64,000 bases of DNA from Deltaproteobacteria bacterium (GTDB taxonomy: Bacteria; Myxococcota_A; Polyangia; Fen-1088). Below the pieces are notes generated by a model. It made no database searches. It was not told where the DNA came from and worked only from the letters and a program-made list of their open reading frames with translations. This document shows positions 38,594 to 48,123 of this stretch, piece after piece (the first letter of the stretch is position 1; every line of letters starts with the position of its first letter). The stretch is from positions 288,001 through 352,000 of the forward strand of contig JANRKS010000005.1 of the NCBI GenBank assembly GCA_033763315.1. The letters are read 5' to 3'. Position numbers and translations under genes: made by a program.

Positions 38594-39508
38594 ATGCCGT
38601 TCTTGAATTACCACCACCTGCGCTATTTTCGCGTGATTGCGAACGAGCTAAATCTCACCCGCGCGGCAAAGAAGCTTAACCTTTCGGCGCCCGCGCTGAG
38701 CATCCAGCTCAAGCAACTTGAGGAAAGCTTGGGGCATTCCCTGTTTGATCGCGGGCGTGGCGGTTTGCGGCTGACCGAGGCTGGGCGGTTGGCTCTGGAT
38801 TACGCGGAAACCATCGGGCGCGCCGGCGAAGAGCTCATGGATGTGATGCAACACCAGGGCGTGGGCGGGCGGCAGGTTTTGCGGGTCGGCGCGGTGGCCA
38901 CTTTGTCTCGCAACTTCGTCACCCAATTCTTGCGGCCGGCGTTGCATCTGCCGGACGTGGAGGTTGTGGTGCGCTCAGGCGCGATGCGTGAACTGCTGCC
39001 CGCTCTGCACACACACCAAGTGGATCTCATCTTGTCCAACCAGCCGGCCCGACGTGATGCCGAAACACATTGGCATAGCCACCTGCTTGCGGAACAGCCC
39101 GTGAGCTTGGTGGGGGTGGCGGCGTGGAAGAAGAAGCGGTTGGTGTTTCCGCAAGATTTCCGCGACGTGCCTGTGATCTTGCCCAGCCTTGAGAGCAACA
39201 CACGCGCTGCGTTTGATCGCATCACCGCCGCGGCCATGGCGCGGCCGCGCATCGTGGCAGAGGTGGACGATATGGCTTTGCTGCGCTTGTTGGCCCTGGA
39301 AGGGGAGGGGTTGGCACTGGTGCCGCCCGTGGTTGTGCGCGACGAAATCAAATCGGGGGCGCTCGTGCAAACCCACCGCATCCCCCAGATCAAAGAAACG
39401 TTCTACGCCATCACGCCCAGCCGTCGCTTTCCCAACCCTTTGGTGGCAAAGCTGGTGAACCACACTTTGTCGGCGAAACAATTGGGGGTGCAGGCAAAGG
39501 CGTCATGA
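38594..39508 (+). CDS. LysR family regulator (NhaR-like), probable dabBA regulator
   Basis: LNYHHLRYF...LSIQLKQLEE; AEVDDMALLR. Confidence 0.92.
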   Translation: MPFLNYHHLRYFRVIANELNLTRAAKKLNLSAPALSIQLKQLEESLGHSLFDRGRGGLRLTEAGRLALDYAETIGRAGEELMDVMQHQGVGGRQVLRVGAVATLSRNFVTQFLRPALHLPDVEVVVRSGAMRELLPALHTHQVDLILSNQPARRDAETHWHSHLLAEQPVSLVGVAAWKKKRLVFPQDFRDVPVILPSLESNTRAAFDRITAAAMARPRIVAEVDDMALLRLLALEGEGLALVPPVVVRDEIKSGALVQTHRIPQIKETFYAITPSRRFPNPLVAKLVNHTLSAKQLGVQAKAS

Positions 39509-39573
39509 AAGTGGCGTGCGGTTCGCGGGGACCGCTGCAAAGTTTCTGATTTTATTTTGTCGCGAAGCCGTCG

Positions 39574-41304
39574 GTGGCTGGTCAACAAGAAGAGGAGCTC
39601 TTCTTGCGCGCACAGCTGTTCACTGCGTTAATCGTCACAACCTTGGTCTCAGGGTGCTCCGGCGCGGCGGGGTCCCCATCTGAGGGCGACGAGGCCGACG
39701 GCGGATCCGGTGGCGGCGCTTCCGGCGGCACCACAGCGCCGCCGCCCGAGGTGGTGCCAAAGCCGCGTGATTCTGCGTGTGCCGGCGCCGCGCCCAAGCC
39801 CGGCATCGCGGGCTTGCGCAAACTAACGCCATTTGAATACGACAACACTGTGGAAGAGTTGCTGCGCGCCACCACAAAACCTGGCGCCTCGTTCCCCGCA
39901 TCGCAACTTGTGCTTGGTTTCGACAACAACGCCGACGCTGTGAACGCCTCCACCTTGGCCGTTGAGCAGTATCAATCGGCCGCCGAAACGCTGGCACTGG
40001 CCGCCGTCAAAGATCTGCCGAAGTTGATGGGGTGCAACGGTGGTTCCGCGGCCGCCGAAGACACGTGCGCCAAAAGTTTTATCAAGTCGTTCGGCCTGCA
40101 CGCGTTTCGCCGCCCGCTGACCACGGCAGAGCTCGATCGCTTCACGCGCTTCTATATGGACAGCAAAGCGCCGAACGGATTCACAGACTCGGTGCGCATG
40201 CTCGTCGAAGCGTTCTTGCAGTCTCCGCATTTTCTTTACCGCGTTGAAGGTGCAGCGAAAACGGGCTCTGTGGCCGCGCCTTATGCATTGGCTTCGCGGC
40301 TTTCGTATCTCATTTGGAGCAGCATGCCTGATGAAACGTTGTTTGCTGCGGCAGCCTCTGGCCGCTTGAAGGGCGCCGGCGACGTGGCGTTGCAAGCGCA
40401 GCGAATGTTGGCCGACGATCGCGCCAAGCGCGGGGTGAATAACTTCTTTGGCCAGTGGCTTGAGTTGTCGCGCGTGCAGCGTCTTGAAAAGGATGCGGAA
40501 GCCAACCCCACGTGGACGCCGGCTATCGCCGGATTGTTGCGCCAAGAGACAGAAGCGTATGTGCAGGATCAGGTGTTGGGCGGCAAAGGCAACTTGAAAT
40601 CGCTACTCACCGACCCCCATAGTTTCATCAACGCAGATCTGGCGAAATTCTATGGCCTCCAGGCGCCTGCAGGGAGCGGCTTCGGGCGTGTAAATTTGAA
40701 CCCCAAGCAGCGTGCCGGATTGCTCACGCAAGGCGCCTTGTTGGCAGCGGCAGCCAAGCCTCGGCAAAGCTCGCCCGTGGCTCGGGGCTACTTCGTGCGC
40801 GACCGGTTGTTGTGTTCGCCGCCACCGCCTCCACCAGCCAACGTGAATGCCAAATTGCCCGAGCCCGACGGAACGGCCACCACGCGGCAACGCCTTGAAA
40901 GCCACCGCACGGATCCAAGCTGCAGAGGGTGCCACGAGCTTCTTGATCCCGTGGGTCTTGGTTTTGAACACTACGACGCCGTGGGCCTATGGCGCGATCA
41001 GGACGAAGGCAAGCCGGTGGATGCGACGGGCAAGATCAGCAGCGCCGGTGACGCCGACGGCGCGTTCGATGGCGCCATCGAACTTGCAACGAAACTGGCA
41101 GGCAGCCAAACGGTGCAGGCCTGCTTTGCCAAACAATTCTTTCGCTTCGCTTTCGCACGCGGCGAAACCGACGACGACGCATGCACGTTGGATGCCCTGA
41201 GTGTGGCCCTCGGTGGCAATGACGCCACATTCGCGCGCTTCATCGCTACGCTGACACAAACAGATCCATTCATGTACGAAACACAGGCAGGAGTTGGCCA
41301 ATGA
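39574..41304 (+). CDS. DUF1592/DUF1588/DUF1595-type lipoprotein with one c-type heme motif
   Basis: LVSGC lipobox, KLTPFEYDNTV, LQSPHFLYR, LASRLSY, SPVARG, PPPPP, CRGCH, GLGFEHYD. Confidence 0.92.
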   Translation: MAGQQEEELFLRAQLFTALIVTTLVSGCSGAAGSPSEGDEADGGSGGGASGGTTAPPPEVVPKPRDSACAGAAPKPGIAGLRKLTPFEYDNTVEELLRATTKPGASFPASQLVLGFDNNADAVNASTLAVEQYQSAAETLALAAVKDLPKLMGCNGGSAAAEDTCAKSFIKSFGLHAFRRPLTTAELDRFTRFYMDSKAPNGFTDSVRMLVEAFLQSPHFLYRVEGAAKTGSVAAPYALASRLSYLIWSSMPDETLFAAAASGRLKGAGDVALQAQRMLADDRAKRGVNNFFGQWLELSRVQRLEKDAEANPTWTPAIAGLLRQETEAYVQDQVLGGKGNLKSLLTDPHSFINADLAKFYGLQAPAGSGFGRVNLNPKQRAGLLTQGALLAAAAKPRQSSPVARGYFVRDRLLCSPPPPPPANVNAKLPEPDGTATTRQRLESHRTDPSCRGCHELLDPVGLGFEHYDAVGLWRDQDEGKPVDATGKISSAGDADGAFDGAIELATKLAGSQTVQACFAKQFFRFAFARGETDDDACTLDALSVALGGNDATFARFIATLTQTDPFMYETQAGVGQ

Positions 41305-42665
41305 AGTTCCGGCAGCTGTCACGACGTGCGTTGCTTCGCGGTGCAGGCGGCATCAGCATCGCGCTGCCATGGCTTGACATCATGGCGCCGCGCCGAGCTT
41401 ACGCCGCGGACCCGAAGCGCTTCATTGTGGTGTTTACTCCGAATGGCACGAACAACTACGAGCAGTTCACTCCGAAGGGAACTGGCGCGAACTTTACGCT
41501 TGGCACCGAAACGGCGCCATTGTTGCCTTGGAAGAACAAGATGCTCGCGCTCTCGAACGTCAACGCCGTGAGCGCTTTGAACTCCGAAGGCGATCAGCAT
41601 GGCGTGGGCATGGCCGAAGTGCTTACAGCCACGCGTTGGGCAAAGGGGCCCGCGGTGGATGACGTTCCGATCTGGGGCGGCGGTATTTCCATCGATCAGC
41701 GGATCGCCCAAGACGTGGGCAAATCCACCATGTTTCCTTCGCTGGAGCTTGGCGTGCAAACCACCTTGGGTACAGAGGGGTCGGGCGTGCACCCATTTAG
41801 CCGCATGGTCTATAAGAGCGCCGCCACACCCGTGCCGGCGATCGAAGATCCGCGCGAGACTTTCAAGCGTTTGTTCAGCAACCTGGCACCAAGTGGCGCC
41901 GGTGCAGACACCTCGGGCCTGGACAAAGCCCGGCTGCAACGCAAAAGCGTGCTTGATTTTGTGAAGGAAGACTATCAACAGCTGGCGCCTCGTCTCAGCA
42001 CGAAGGACAAGCAAAAGATTGATCAACACTTTACGGCCATTTCAGAAATCGAGAAGCGTTTGGGTGGCGCAACCACTGTAACGCCGGCTATGGGGTGCAA
42101 CAAACCGGCTGAGCCATCACCCACTTTGGATGTGAAAAATCCCGCGAACTTTCCGCAAATTGGGAAATTGCAAACCGACCTGTTGGCTGTAGCGCTGGCG
42201 TGTGACTTAACCCGTGTGGCCACGTTGCAGTGGTCTTGGGCACGCTCAGATGTGGCCCTGCAGTGGATTGGCGTTAAAGATTCGCATCACGATCTGAGCC
42301 ATGGTGCCGCGTCCGCCACGCTTTCGTCGATCAATAAGTGGTACGCGGAACAAGTGGCATACTTGTGCAAGACGCTGGATGGCTTTGACGAAGGCGGAAA
42401 AACCTTGCTCGACAACTCAGTGTTGTGGTGGACAAGCGATGTTTCGTTCGGCCCCACCCATTCTTTCACAAACATACGCGCCCTGTTGTTTGGCTCATGC
42501 GGCGGCTACTTTAAAACCGGGCAGCACATTGATTACGGCAACGCCAGCAAGGTCACCAACAATCAGCTGATGGTGACGTTCATGCGGGCGATGGGCATAC
42601 AGGCCGCTCAATTTGGTGAGGCATCCGCGGCACAGGGCCCCCTGCCTGGGCCGATCACGGCTTGA
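41301..42665 (+). CDS. DUF1552 family protein, Tat substrate
   Basis: SRRALLRG, FTPNG, SIDQRIA, ALACDLTRVATLQ, HHDLSH, TLLDNS; ATGA-coupled to the DUF1592 gene. Confidence 0.92.
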   Translation: MKFRQLSRRALLRGAGGISIALPWLDIMAPRRAYAADPKRFIVVFTPNGTNNYEQFTPKGTGANFTLGTETAPLLPWKNKMLALSNVNAVSALNSEGDQHGVGMAEVLTATRWAKGPAVDDVPIWGGGISIDQRIAQDVGKSTMFPSLELGVQTTLGTEGSGVHPFSRMVYKSAATPVPAIEDPRETFKRLFSNLAPSGAGADTSGLDKARLQRKSVLDFVKEDYQQLAPRLSTKDKQKIDQHFTAISEIEKRLGGATTVTPAMGCNKPAEPSPTLDVKNPANFPQIGKLQTDLLAVALACDLTRVATLQWSWARSDVALQWIGVKDSHHDLSHGAASATLSSINKWYAEQVAYLCKTLDGFDEGGKTLLDNSVLWWTSDVSFGPTHSFTNIRALLFGSCGGYFKTGQHIDYGNASKVTNNQLMVTFMRAMGIQAAQFGEASAAQGPLPGPITA

Positions 42666-42667
42666 AC

Positions 42668-43468
42668 TTAGCGGTTGCGGCCAAGCGCGAAGCGTTTCTG
42701 CATTTGCGTCTCGCTGAGCGCAAACGTAAACAAGGCACCTCGCGACAGACGCAGTTGATCCAGATCTTCGCTGCCCAACCTGATCACCGCGTTCACATCT
42801 TCCATGGACCACTGCAAAGTTGAGGATACGGTTGGTTTGTCATTGGCCCACGCCAAAACAGGCTTGCCATCCAGGTAAAGCGTTAACAATGCGGTAAGCC
42901 CCGGATGAAAGGTGATGCCAAAGTGGTGCCAGCCACCGTCGGTGGTCCACGGGTACGTGAGGTCAATTTCGCCCGAGCTTGTGTTGGCAAAAACGGTCAA
43001 AGACGTACCAGAGACGTTCACATTTATGGCGGGCGTCAACAGGAGTTGCCCCGGCTGGCTGCCGGGCGGCAGCTTCATCCACAATTCAAAAGAAAATCCG
43101 CCACCTGCTTTTGTGATGGCCTCGCCCATGAGGCGGCTTGCGGCGGCGGTGGATTCCCCAACCAGATCCCGCATCCATAAGGCTTTTTCTTGCACCAAGC
43201 CCGCTGTGCTTGTCATGGGGGGCTTCAGCATCAAGGCAACGTCCGGCTCCGCCTTCGCGGAATCAGCGATCAGATGCGCCGCAATCTCGGCAAAAAACCA
43301 TTCGACCGCGGGCGTTTCGGTTTGTGCGATGGCCATGTCGGGAGCGGCGTCGGGCGATTGCGCATCAACGCCGCCGCGCAACGAATCCCAGTCGAGGCAT
43401 CCTGTGCCCAGCCACACGGCCATGAAATAAGGCGCGAGACCTGATAGGCATTGTGAAGCGAGTCGCAT
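42668..43468 (-). CDS. Lipoprotein with LamG/ConA-like domain
   Basis: LGTGC lipobox; FSFELWMK, WHHFGITF, LYLDGK, ALSETQM. Confidence 0.75.
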   Translation of the reverse strand: MRLASQCLSGLAPYFMAVWLGTGCLDWDSLRGGVDAQSPDAAPDMAIAQTETPAVEWFFAEIAAHLIADSAKAEPDVALMLKPPMTSTAGLVQEKALWMRDLVGESTAAASRLMGEAITKAGGGFSFELWMKLPPGSQPGQLLLTPAINVNVSGTSLTVFANTSSGEIDLTYPWTTDGGWHHFGITFHPGLTALLTLYLDGKPVLAWANDKPTVSSTLQWSMEDVNAVIRLGSEDLDQLRLSRGALFTFALSETQMQKRFALGRNR

Positions 43469-43470
43469 GG

Positions 43471-44220
43471 TTAGAAGTGACCTCGCCACTGCAGATGCAG
43501 GCCTTGTTCGGGCAACAAAACTGCGGCAAAGGTTGAGCGTTCACCTTCGGCTCCCGCAGGCCACCACCACACAGCCAAAGCCGCGGCCACGGTGACGCTG
43601 CCGGCTGCCATCATCGCGTAACTGACGTTGGTGGCTGCTTGCCAACCATCGATTGTGTCATCGGGGCACGGGCACTCGTTTTTGAGTTCGTTGAACCGAA
43701 GCCGCGCGCGTGTGTAAAGGCCTGCGCCTCCCAGAAAAACCACGGCCCCTGCTCCCGCCGCCCATAGCGGAATGTGAGAGCGCGGCTTTGGCGCACGAGG
43801 GTGCGCTGCCTCGGGTGCCGGTTCCGGCGCCATGGTTTGGCGCTCTTGCTCGACGCAAGCACGCATCGCCTTGATGTACGACTCCACTTCAGCACGTTCA
43901 GCCGCGCGTGGTTCGGCGGCCAGATACAATTCATAGTGGCGTAGCGCTGACGCGCAATGGGGAGGCACCCGCAAGCGATTGGCTTGGGCGATGTTGAGCA
44001 ACAACGCGCCCGCAGGCTCAATGTCATAAGCGGCCTGGAAGGCCTTTATCGCGTCGTCGTACCGGCCTTGCCGGTAGTGTTCCGCGCCTTGCTCGAAATA
44101 AGAACGGGCTTTCGCGCGGCCCGCGGCGTCAACCTTGGTTTCGGCGTGGCAGGGTAGGCTGTGCGCAAGCCAACACGCCGCGATCGCCATCGCGACACAA
44201 CGATGCCAGGGTGAAATCAT
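43471..44220 (-). CDS. Exported TPR protein with hydrophobic C-terminal hairpin
   Basis: FEQGAEHYRQGRYDDAI...LLLNIAQANR...YELYL; C-terminus LQWRGHF. Confidence 0.82.
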   Translation of the reverse strand: MISPWHRCVAMAIAACWLAHSLPCHAETKVDAAGRAKARSYFEQGAEHYRQGRYDDAIKAFQAAYDIEPAGALLLNIAQANRLRVPPHCASALRHYELYLAAEPRAAERAEVESYIKAMRACVEQERQTMAPEPAPEAAHPRAPKPRSHIPLWAAGAGAVVFLGGAGLYTRARLRFNELKNECPCPDDTIDGWQAATNVSYAMMAAGSVTVAAALAVWWWPAGAEGERSTFAAVLLPEQGLHLQWRGHF

Positions 44221-44230
44221 CTCAGGGCGC

Positions 44231-45691
44231 CTAACGCGCATAAGGGTCCTTTATACCGTTAAGCAATGGCCGCGGTGGACTGTGTTCCACAGGTTCGGCT
44301 TTCGGTGTGGCGGATCTTGGTTTCGGCCGCTGTGTCGCACGCTTGGTGCGCCTTGAAACGGGCTTCACAGGCGCGGGCGCTGCAGCGGGAGGCGTCGTTG
44401 CCGAAGGTTGAACGTCCACAGGCGCCGGGGGGATCACCCTTGCCGTCGGCGGAGGCATCGCCACGAGGGGATTCTCCTGCTTTGCCTTGGGCGTGCGTTG
44501 CACAAGCACCGTCGCCACAGTTGCGATCGCCAGCGCCGCCCCCGGCAGCCACAAAAGACGGCTTTGACGCTGCGAGCGCGCTGGTCTTGCCGGCTGCACG
44601 ATGTTTTGCAAGGCCGTCAGCAGTGTGGCCATTGATGCAAATCGATCTTGCGGCTGCAGCGCGAGTCCCTGCGCCAAGATTCGATAAAGGGCGCCTGGTA
44701 CTTTGGTGTCCTTGGGCGCGGGTCTTAGTTGACCTGAGAGCACGGCACGCGCCAGCGCCGAGAGATCGCGCTCGCCATCGGAAGCAAAGGGCCTCTGCTT
44801 GTAAAGCGCGACATAAAGCGAAGCGCAAAAATTAAACTGATCCGTCGACTGATCGGCGCGTGCCCCGCGAAATTGTTCCGGCGCCATATACGCGGGTGTG
44901 CCGGCAAACGCGGCCGCCTCCGTCAGCGTCAATAAAAACGAACGCACACCTGTGATGGAAGTTGTGGTGCCTGCCACGCCATCAGGGTGATCGCTGTCCC
45001 CCGCGTGGGCCGCGCGCGCCAACCCAAAATCAGTGACGCGCGGCCGCCCGTCGGCGCCCACCAGAACGTTCTCGGCCTTGAAATCGCGGTGAACCAGCCC
45101 CGCCGCGTGCGCTGCCACCAACCCCTGGCCCGCGGCAATGAACTGGGCCACCACGTCTTGCCAAGCCGGTTTGTGCCGTGAAAGCCAGCGGGCCAAGGTC
45201 TGGCCTTCAATAAGCTCCATCGCGATGAACACGCCGTCTTTGAACGTGCCGGCATCGTAAACAGCCACGACAGACGGGTGAGACAACTGTGCCATGGCAC
45301 GTGCCTCGCGTAGCAACCGATGCGCGTCTGTCGCCGCCTGCGCGCCCGCACGATCGGGACGCACGATCTTCAATGCGACCCGGCGGCTCAGCTGTGGATC
45401 GAAAGCCTCATAAACCAGGCCTGCCCCTCCTGCGCCCAGCAGGCCACCGATTTCATAACGGCCTACGGTGGCGCCATGCTCAAGCTTGATGGGCTCGCTG
45501 TCGTGGTCGTCGACGGTGGCGCCGATCTCTGGCTCGTCCAAACTGGGGGGCAACGCCTTGCGGGTTTGCGCCACCAACACGCGGCACCGACTGCATGTGC
45601 CCAGGTGATCGATGATGGCCGGTCGATCGGGACCCGCGGTGCCCCCGCCGACAAACAAGAGGATCTCGTCGTCATTGAGGCAGGGGCGCAT
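44231..45691 (-). CDS. Transmembrane Ser/Thr protein kinase with N-terminal zinc-finger (anti-sigma-like) domain
   Basis: CLNDDE...HLGTCSRC; GAGGAG, VALK, HRDFKAEN, DFG, GTPAYMAPEQ; TM; Pro-rich tail ending KDPYAR. Start uncertain (45691-45730). Confidence 0.92.
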   Translation of the reverse strand: MRPCLNDDEILLFVGGGTAGPDRPAIIDHLGTCSRCRVLVAQTRKALPPSLDEPEIGATVDDHDSEPIKLEHGATVGRYEIGGLLGAGGAGLVYEAFDPQLSRRVALKIVRPDRAGAQAATDAHRLLREARAMAQLSHPSVVAVYDAGTFKDGVFIAMELIEGQTLARWLSRHKPAWQDVVAQFIAAGQGLVAAHAAGLVHRDFKAENVLVGADGRPRVTDFGLARAAHAGDSDHPDGVAGTTTSITGVRSFLLTLTEAAAFAGTPAYMAPEQFRGARADQSTDQFNFCASLYVALYKQRPFASDGERDLSALARAVLSGQLRPAPKDTKVPGALYRILAQGLALQPQDRFASMATLLTALQNIVQPARPARSQRQSRLLWLPGAALAIATVATVLVQRTPKAKQENPLVAMPPPTARVIPPAPVDVQPSATTPPAAAPAPVKPVSRRTKRATQRPKPRSATPKAEPVEHSPPRPLLNGIKDPYAR

Positions 45692-45763
45692 GCCGTTCTC
45701 GTTCACACGTGAATTTTCCCAGTGTATCATGAGGTGTGAACGATTCCCAACGCCGGCCTTAGC

Positions 45764-46696
45764 ATGTCCGGAGCGTCGCATTTACCCGTTTTACCGCAAG
45801 GTTTCCTGCCGCAGGATGTTCTGGCGGCCTACCTGCAGGCGGGCGGCGCCGCGGGCTTGGACGCCACGCGGTTGAGCGAGCTTTTGGTTCAGCTGTTTGC
45901 CAAAGCAAGCCTGCGGCATTCCACCTTCGTGGTGACGCCAGTGACGTTCGCAGCCGCTTTGGCGGAACGCACCGCCGGCGAACCCGATCCGTTGGTCACC
46001 CTGGCTTCTTTGCATGTGGAGGATCTGTATTTGGCGCAGGCCTGCGTCTTGGGTGACGCCGTGGCGTTGCGCTGCCTCAATGAAGAATTCCTTCTGCCTT
46101 TAGGCCAGCAGGTGCGCCGCGGACCGTTTGCGAACCATGCCGATGAAGCGCAACAGATGCTGCGCGTGCGCCTGCTGGTGGGGCATGACGGTGAGCCGGC
46201 GCGCTTGTTCGGTTATCGTGGCACGGGACCCCTGGCAGCGTGGCTGCGCCTCACTCTAACGCGACTGGTGCTGAACCTTCACAACGCAGCCGCGCGCGAA
46301 ACAAGCTTGGATGATCACCTCATCTCCGTCAGTGCGGGGCAAGGCGATCCAGAACTTTCATACCTTCGGGATCACTACCGCGATGTGGTGTTGCAAGCTA
46401 TGCGTGAATCGATTGAGGTGCTATCCAGTGAAGAGCGCGCAATTTTGCGCATGCATTTCATCGATGACTTGTCAGCGGCCGACATCGGCTCATTGTTTCA
46501 AGTTTCGGGCCGCACGATCCAGCGGCGCATTGCGGACACGCGCCGCCAGATTGTCGAGCGCGTCAAGGAAATCATCGGCCGCCACGTGGGGTTGAATGGG
46601 AGCCAGCTGGAAACCATCATGCGCCTGGTGCAAAGCGATTGGAACCTTTCGCTGCACCGTCTGCTCGCTGCGCCCACGGAGCCGTCTGGAAAATAG
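45764..46696 (+). CDS. Myxococcales-type sigma-70/ECF-like factor
   Basis: EDLYLAQAC, YRGTGPLAAWLR, DPELSYL, LRMHFIDDLS..DIG; this type is commonly next to zinc-finger kinases in myxobacteria. Confidence 0.85.
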   Translation: MSGASHLPVLPQGFLPQDVLAAYLQAGGAAGLDATRLSELLVQLFAKASLRHSTFVVTPVTFAAALAERTAGEPDPLVTLASLHVEDLYLAQACVLGDAVALRCLNEEFLLPLGQQVRRGPFANHADEAQQMLRVRLLVGHDGEPARLFGYRGTGPLAAWLRLTLTRLVLNLHNAAARETSLDDHLISVSAGQGDPELSYLRDHYRDVVLQAMRESIEVLSSEERAILRMHFIDDLSAADIGSLFQVSGRTIQRRIADTRRQIVERVKEIIGRHVGLNGSQLETIMRLVQSDWNLSLHRLLAAPTEPSGK

Positions 46697-46701
46697 AAAG
46701 C

Positions 46702-46730
46702 TTTGTCCGCTTTCGGCGCCTGCGGCATAG
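46702..46730 (+). promoter_or_regulatory. ECF promoter motif copy 1 (TTTGTCCG-N16-CATAG)
   Basis: Upstream of the ECF sigma gene at 46764; two more copies at 49862 and 50458. Confidence 0.75.
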
Positions 46731-46763
46731 CCCCGTCACAAGCAAGCTTTTCCTCGACTACAC

Positions 46764-47351
46764 GTGACAGACAAAGACGTCCCCACGTCCGCGACGCTTT
46801 TGGCTCAATTTAGGGCCGGGGAACGCGCGGCCTTTTTACAGGTATATGAACTGTTTGCCGACAAAGTGGGCGGGGTGGCGCGTCGGTATTTCAATACGGC
46901 CTTTGATCAGGAGGAGGCCATACAGGAGATTTGGCTCATGGTGCACTGTCAGTGCGCGCAATTTGATGGCAGCAAAGGTGATCTGGGAGGCTGGCTGTGG
47001 ACCGTGGCGACCAACCGTTGCAAGGAGCTGTGGCGCAGCCGTTCACGTCGCCCAGAGGTTCTGCCCGCTGATGCAGCAGATGATTCACCCACGCTATCTT
47101 TTGATCCGCCCGAGCTGCATGTGCAGACGCAGCGCTTGGCGGCTGCCATGGCTGCTTTCGCCGCTCGCCTTGACGCCACCGAGGCGCGTGTGTTTCAGCT
47201 TTCGTGCCTGGAAGAGCGCACGCACGATGAGGTGGCTGCCTTGACCGGCATGACAGCGAGGCAGTGCAAATACCTGCGTATGAAGCTTCTGGCACGCGCC
47301 GCCGCCGACGCCGAGCTTGCGAAAGCCGTGCAAGAGGTGACGCACCCATGA
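46764..47351 (+). CDS. ECF RNA polymerase sigma factor
   Basis: EEAIQEIW...FDGSKG.LGGWLWTVATN; region 4 EERTHDEVAALTG. Confidence 0.9.
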   Translation: MTDKDVPTSATLLAQFRAGERAAFLQVYELFADKVGGVARRYFNTAFDQEEAIQEIWLMVHCQCAQFDGSKGDLGGWLWTVATNRCKELWRSRSRRPEVLPADAADDSPTLSFDPPELHVQTQRLAAAMAAFAARLDATEARVFQLSCLEERTHDEVAALTGMTARQCKYLRMKLLARAAADAELAKAVQEVTHP

Positions 47352-48118
47352 GCTTATGGCGGTACCGCCACAGAATCGCGCGCGCGGTGGCCGGCGATCT
47401 GCCGGCGAAGGCGGAGCTGAAGCTGCGCGCACACTTGCGATCTTGCGAGGCCTGCCGGGCGCACTACAACGTGCTTTCGCAAATGGCGAGCGTCAGCGAT
47501 CCCGCCACAGCGAAGCAACGCCAACGCGCTCGGCTTGAAGCTTTGTTGCCTGCGCCGGTGGCAACGCCCGTGCGAGCCACGCGCCGGTGGGTTTGGGCGC
47601 TGCCCGTGCTAGTGCCTGCGATGGTGGCACTTGTGTGGATGCGATCGCACCCGCCCACTCTTGAAGAAGTGCAATGGCGTGGTGGTGCGGAGCCCGCGGC
47701 GTGGCCGCTGTCGCTTGTGATGTACGAGTTTGCGCATGGCCCGCAGGGGCCCGCGGTTGTTTTGGGCGAGCTGCCATTTTCGCGCGGCGTACGTGTGGCG
47801 CGTGAGGCTTTGGTGCAATTCGCTTACGCCAAGCTGCAAAAGCCCACGTTCTTGTTCTTGGTGGGGCAACAAGAAGGCAAAGCGGTGGTGCTTTTCCCGC
47901 GGCGTCCACAAGACGAGGGGCAGCTTGTGCCAGAGCCACGCGCGAAAGCTTTGGGCACGTCGTTGAACCTGCATGCCGCCTTCAACCCAGGCTTGCTGCG
48001 GCTAAGCGTGGTGCTTTCCGCACAGCGGCTCACGGCGGACCAAGCCACGGCAGCCGTCACTTCGGGCAAGCTCACTGGCTTACAAGTCTTTGGCGAAACG
48101 GTTAGGCTGCTCCCCTAA
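47348..48118 (+). CDS. zf-HC2 transmembrane anti-sigma factor with periplasmic (DUF4384-like) domain
   Basis: Start refined to ATG 47348 (ATGA overlap); HLRSCEAC, TM, then QWRGG and a beta-rich domain with VVLFP. Confidence 0.82.
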   Translation: MSLWRYRHRIARAVAGDLPAKAELKLRAHLRSCEACRAHYNVLSQMASVSDPATAKQRQRARLEALLPAPVATPVRATRRWVWALPVLVPAMVALVWMRSHPPTLEEVQWRGGAEPAAWPLSLVMYEFAHGPQGPAVVLGELPFSRGVRVAREALVQFAYAKLQKPTFLFLVGQQEGKAVVLFPRRPQDEGQLVPEPRAKALGTSLNLHAAFNPGLLRLSVVLSAQRLTADQATAAVTSGKLTGLQVFGETVRLLP

Positions 48119-48123
48119 GCGAC

